From Cyanophora paradoxa CCMP329 (taxonomy: Eukaryota > Plantae > Glaucophyta), in NCBI GenBank assembly GCA_004431415.1, contig QPMI01000610.1, positions 1 to 64,000 on the forward strand: 64,000 nt of DNA, written 5' to 3'. This document shows, piece after piece, positions 63,462 to 64,000 of the stretch (position 1 is the stretch's first letter; each line of letters opens with the position of its first letter). The notes below the pieces were generated by a model. The model was not told where the DNA came from. It saw only the letters and a program-made list of their open reading frames with translations, and searched no databases. A program made the translations under genes and the position numbers.

Positions 63462-64000
63462 CCGCTACCGAGCCGGCATCGCGCGCTGGGGCGCAGCGGG
63501 ACGTGAGCTCGGGTCGACGAGCTCGCGCGGGCCTGGCCGGAGATCGCACGCCAGCTGCGGCGGAAGATCGAGACACCCGAAGAGCTCGAGGTGCGAGAGC
63601 GCTGCACCTGCGCGGTCCGGTTCTGCGCAGATGGGCGGCCGCATAGGATGTCGTCAAGAGCATCGTGGCGGCGCGCGAGAACGTCGGGAAGGACGCCGTC
63701 GACGCGTCCGGCTTGCGCAGGCGCGTACGCGGCCGCGCCGCGCCGGCAGCCCGAGCCGGCGCCGGGGCCGTCAGCCGGCGGGCTCTGACCACTCGGGTCG
63801 CGCAGCTTCGTGGAGGAGCACCTGACGGCGCAGGAGCGGGCGTCGTTCTTCGGGGACGTGCTCCCCGCGATCCAGCGCGCCGCGCACGAGCTCCCCTCCC
63901 TCCCCCGCTTCCGCGTCCTCGAGGTCCGCCCGCAGCGCCCCGCCCCGCAGCGCCCCGCCACGCAACGCCCGGGGCGCCCGCTCTGGCTTCCTGACGCCGG
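63462..64000 (+). pseudogene. PARG: PARG copy 2 (5' part; start codon disrupted; truncated by window)
   Basis: Near-identical to about 53840-54372, but gggATGgagctcgggttcgac reads gggacgtgagctcgggtcgac here. Confidence 0.6.

Overview
This is a very GC-rich, intron-dense eukaryotic nuclear window, with short introns and many GC-AG donors. An 'MAF...' plastid transit peptide suggests a glaucophyte such as Cyanophora (inference). Most long ORFs in the track are GC artefacts; the real genes are spliced. In order: a tail-to-tail pair of membrane-anchored subtilisins, a type-11 methyltransferase, a CLASP/TOG-like + TACC-like coiled-coil gene, DUF455, an intron-rich hAT/BED transposase-derived gene, two MITEs, two START-domain paralogues flanking TIM50, a plastid MET1-type PDZ protein, a SET-domain methyltransferase with signal peptide and C-terminal KDEL, CDC27/APC3, an apparently intact DIRS/PAT-type tyrosine-recombinase retrotransposon (A-gag-BA-RT/RH/MT-YR-B), an ankyrin-repeat + polycystin (TRPP-like) channel, and a PARG > < DUF4062-NACHT-TPR < > PARG cluster. 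The strongest candidates for new biology are four. (1) The NLR-like receptor, whose TPR sensor is built from 11 symmetric phase-0 one-repeat-per-exon cassettes and which lies between two PARG genes. (2) The retrotransposon's hybrid split-direct/inverted-repeat architecture. (3) An ER-lumenal SET methyltransferase. (4) An ankyrin-TRPP hybrid channel. Gene models were read by eye and several 5' ends are approximate.
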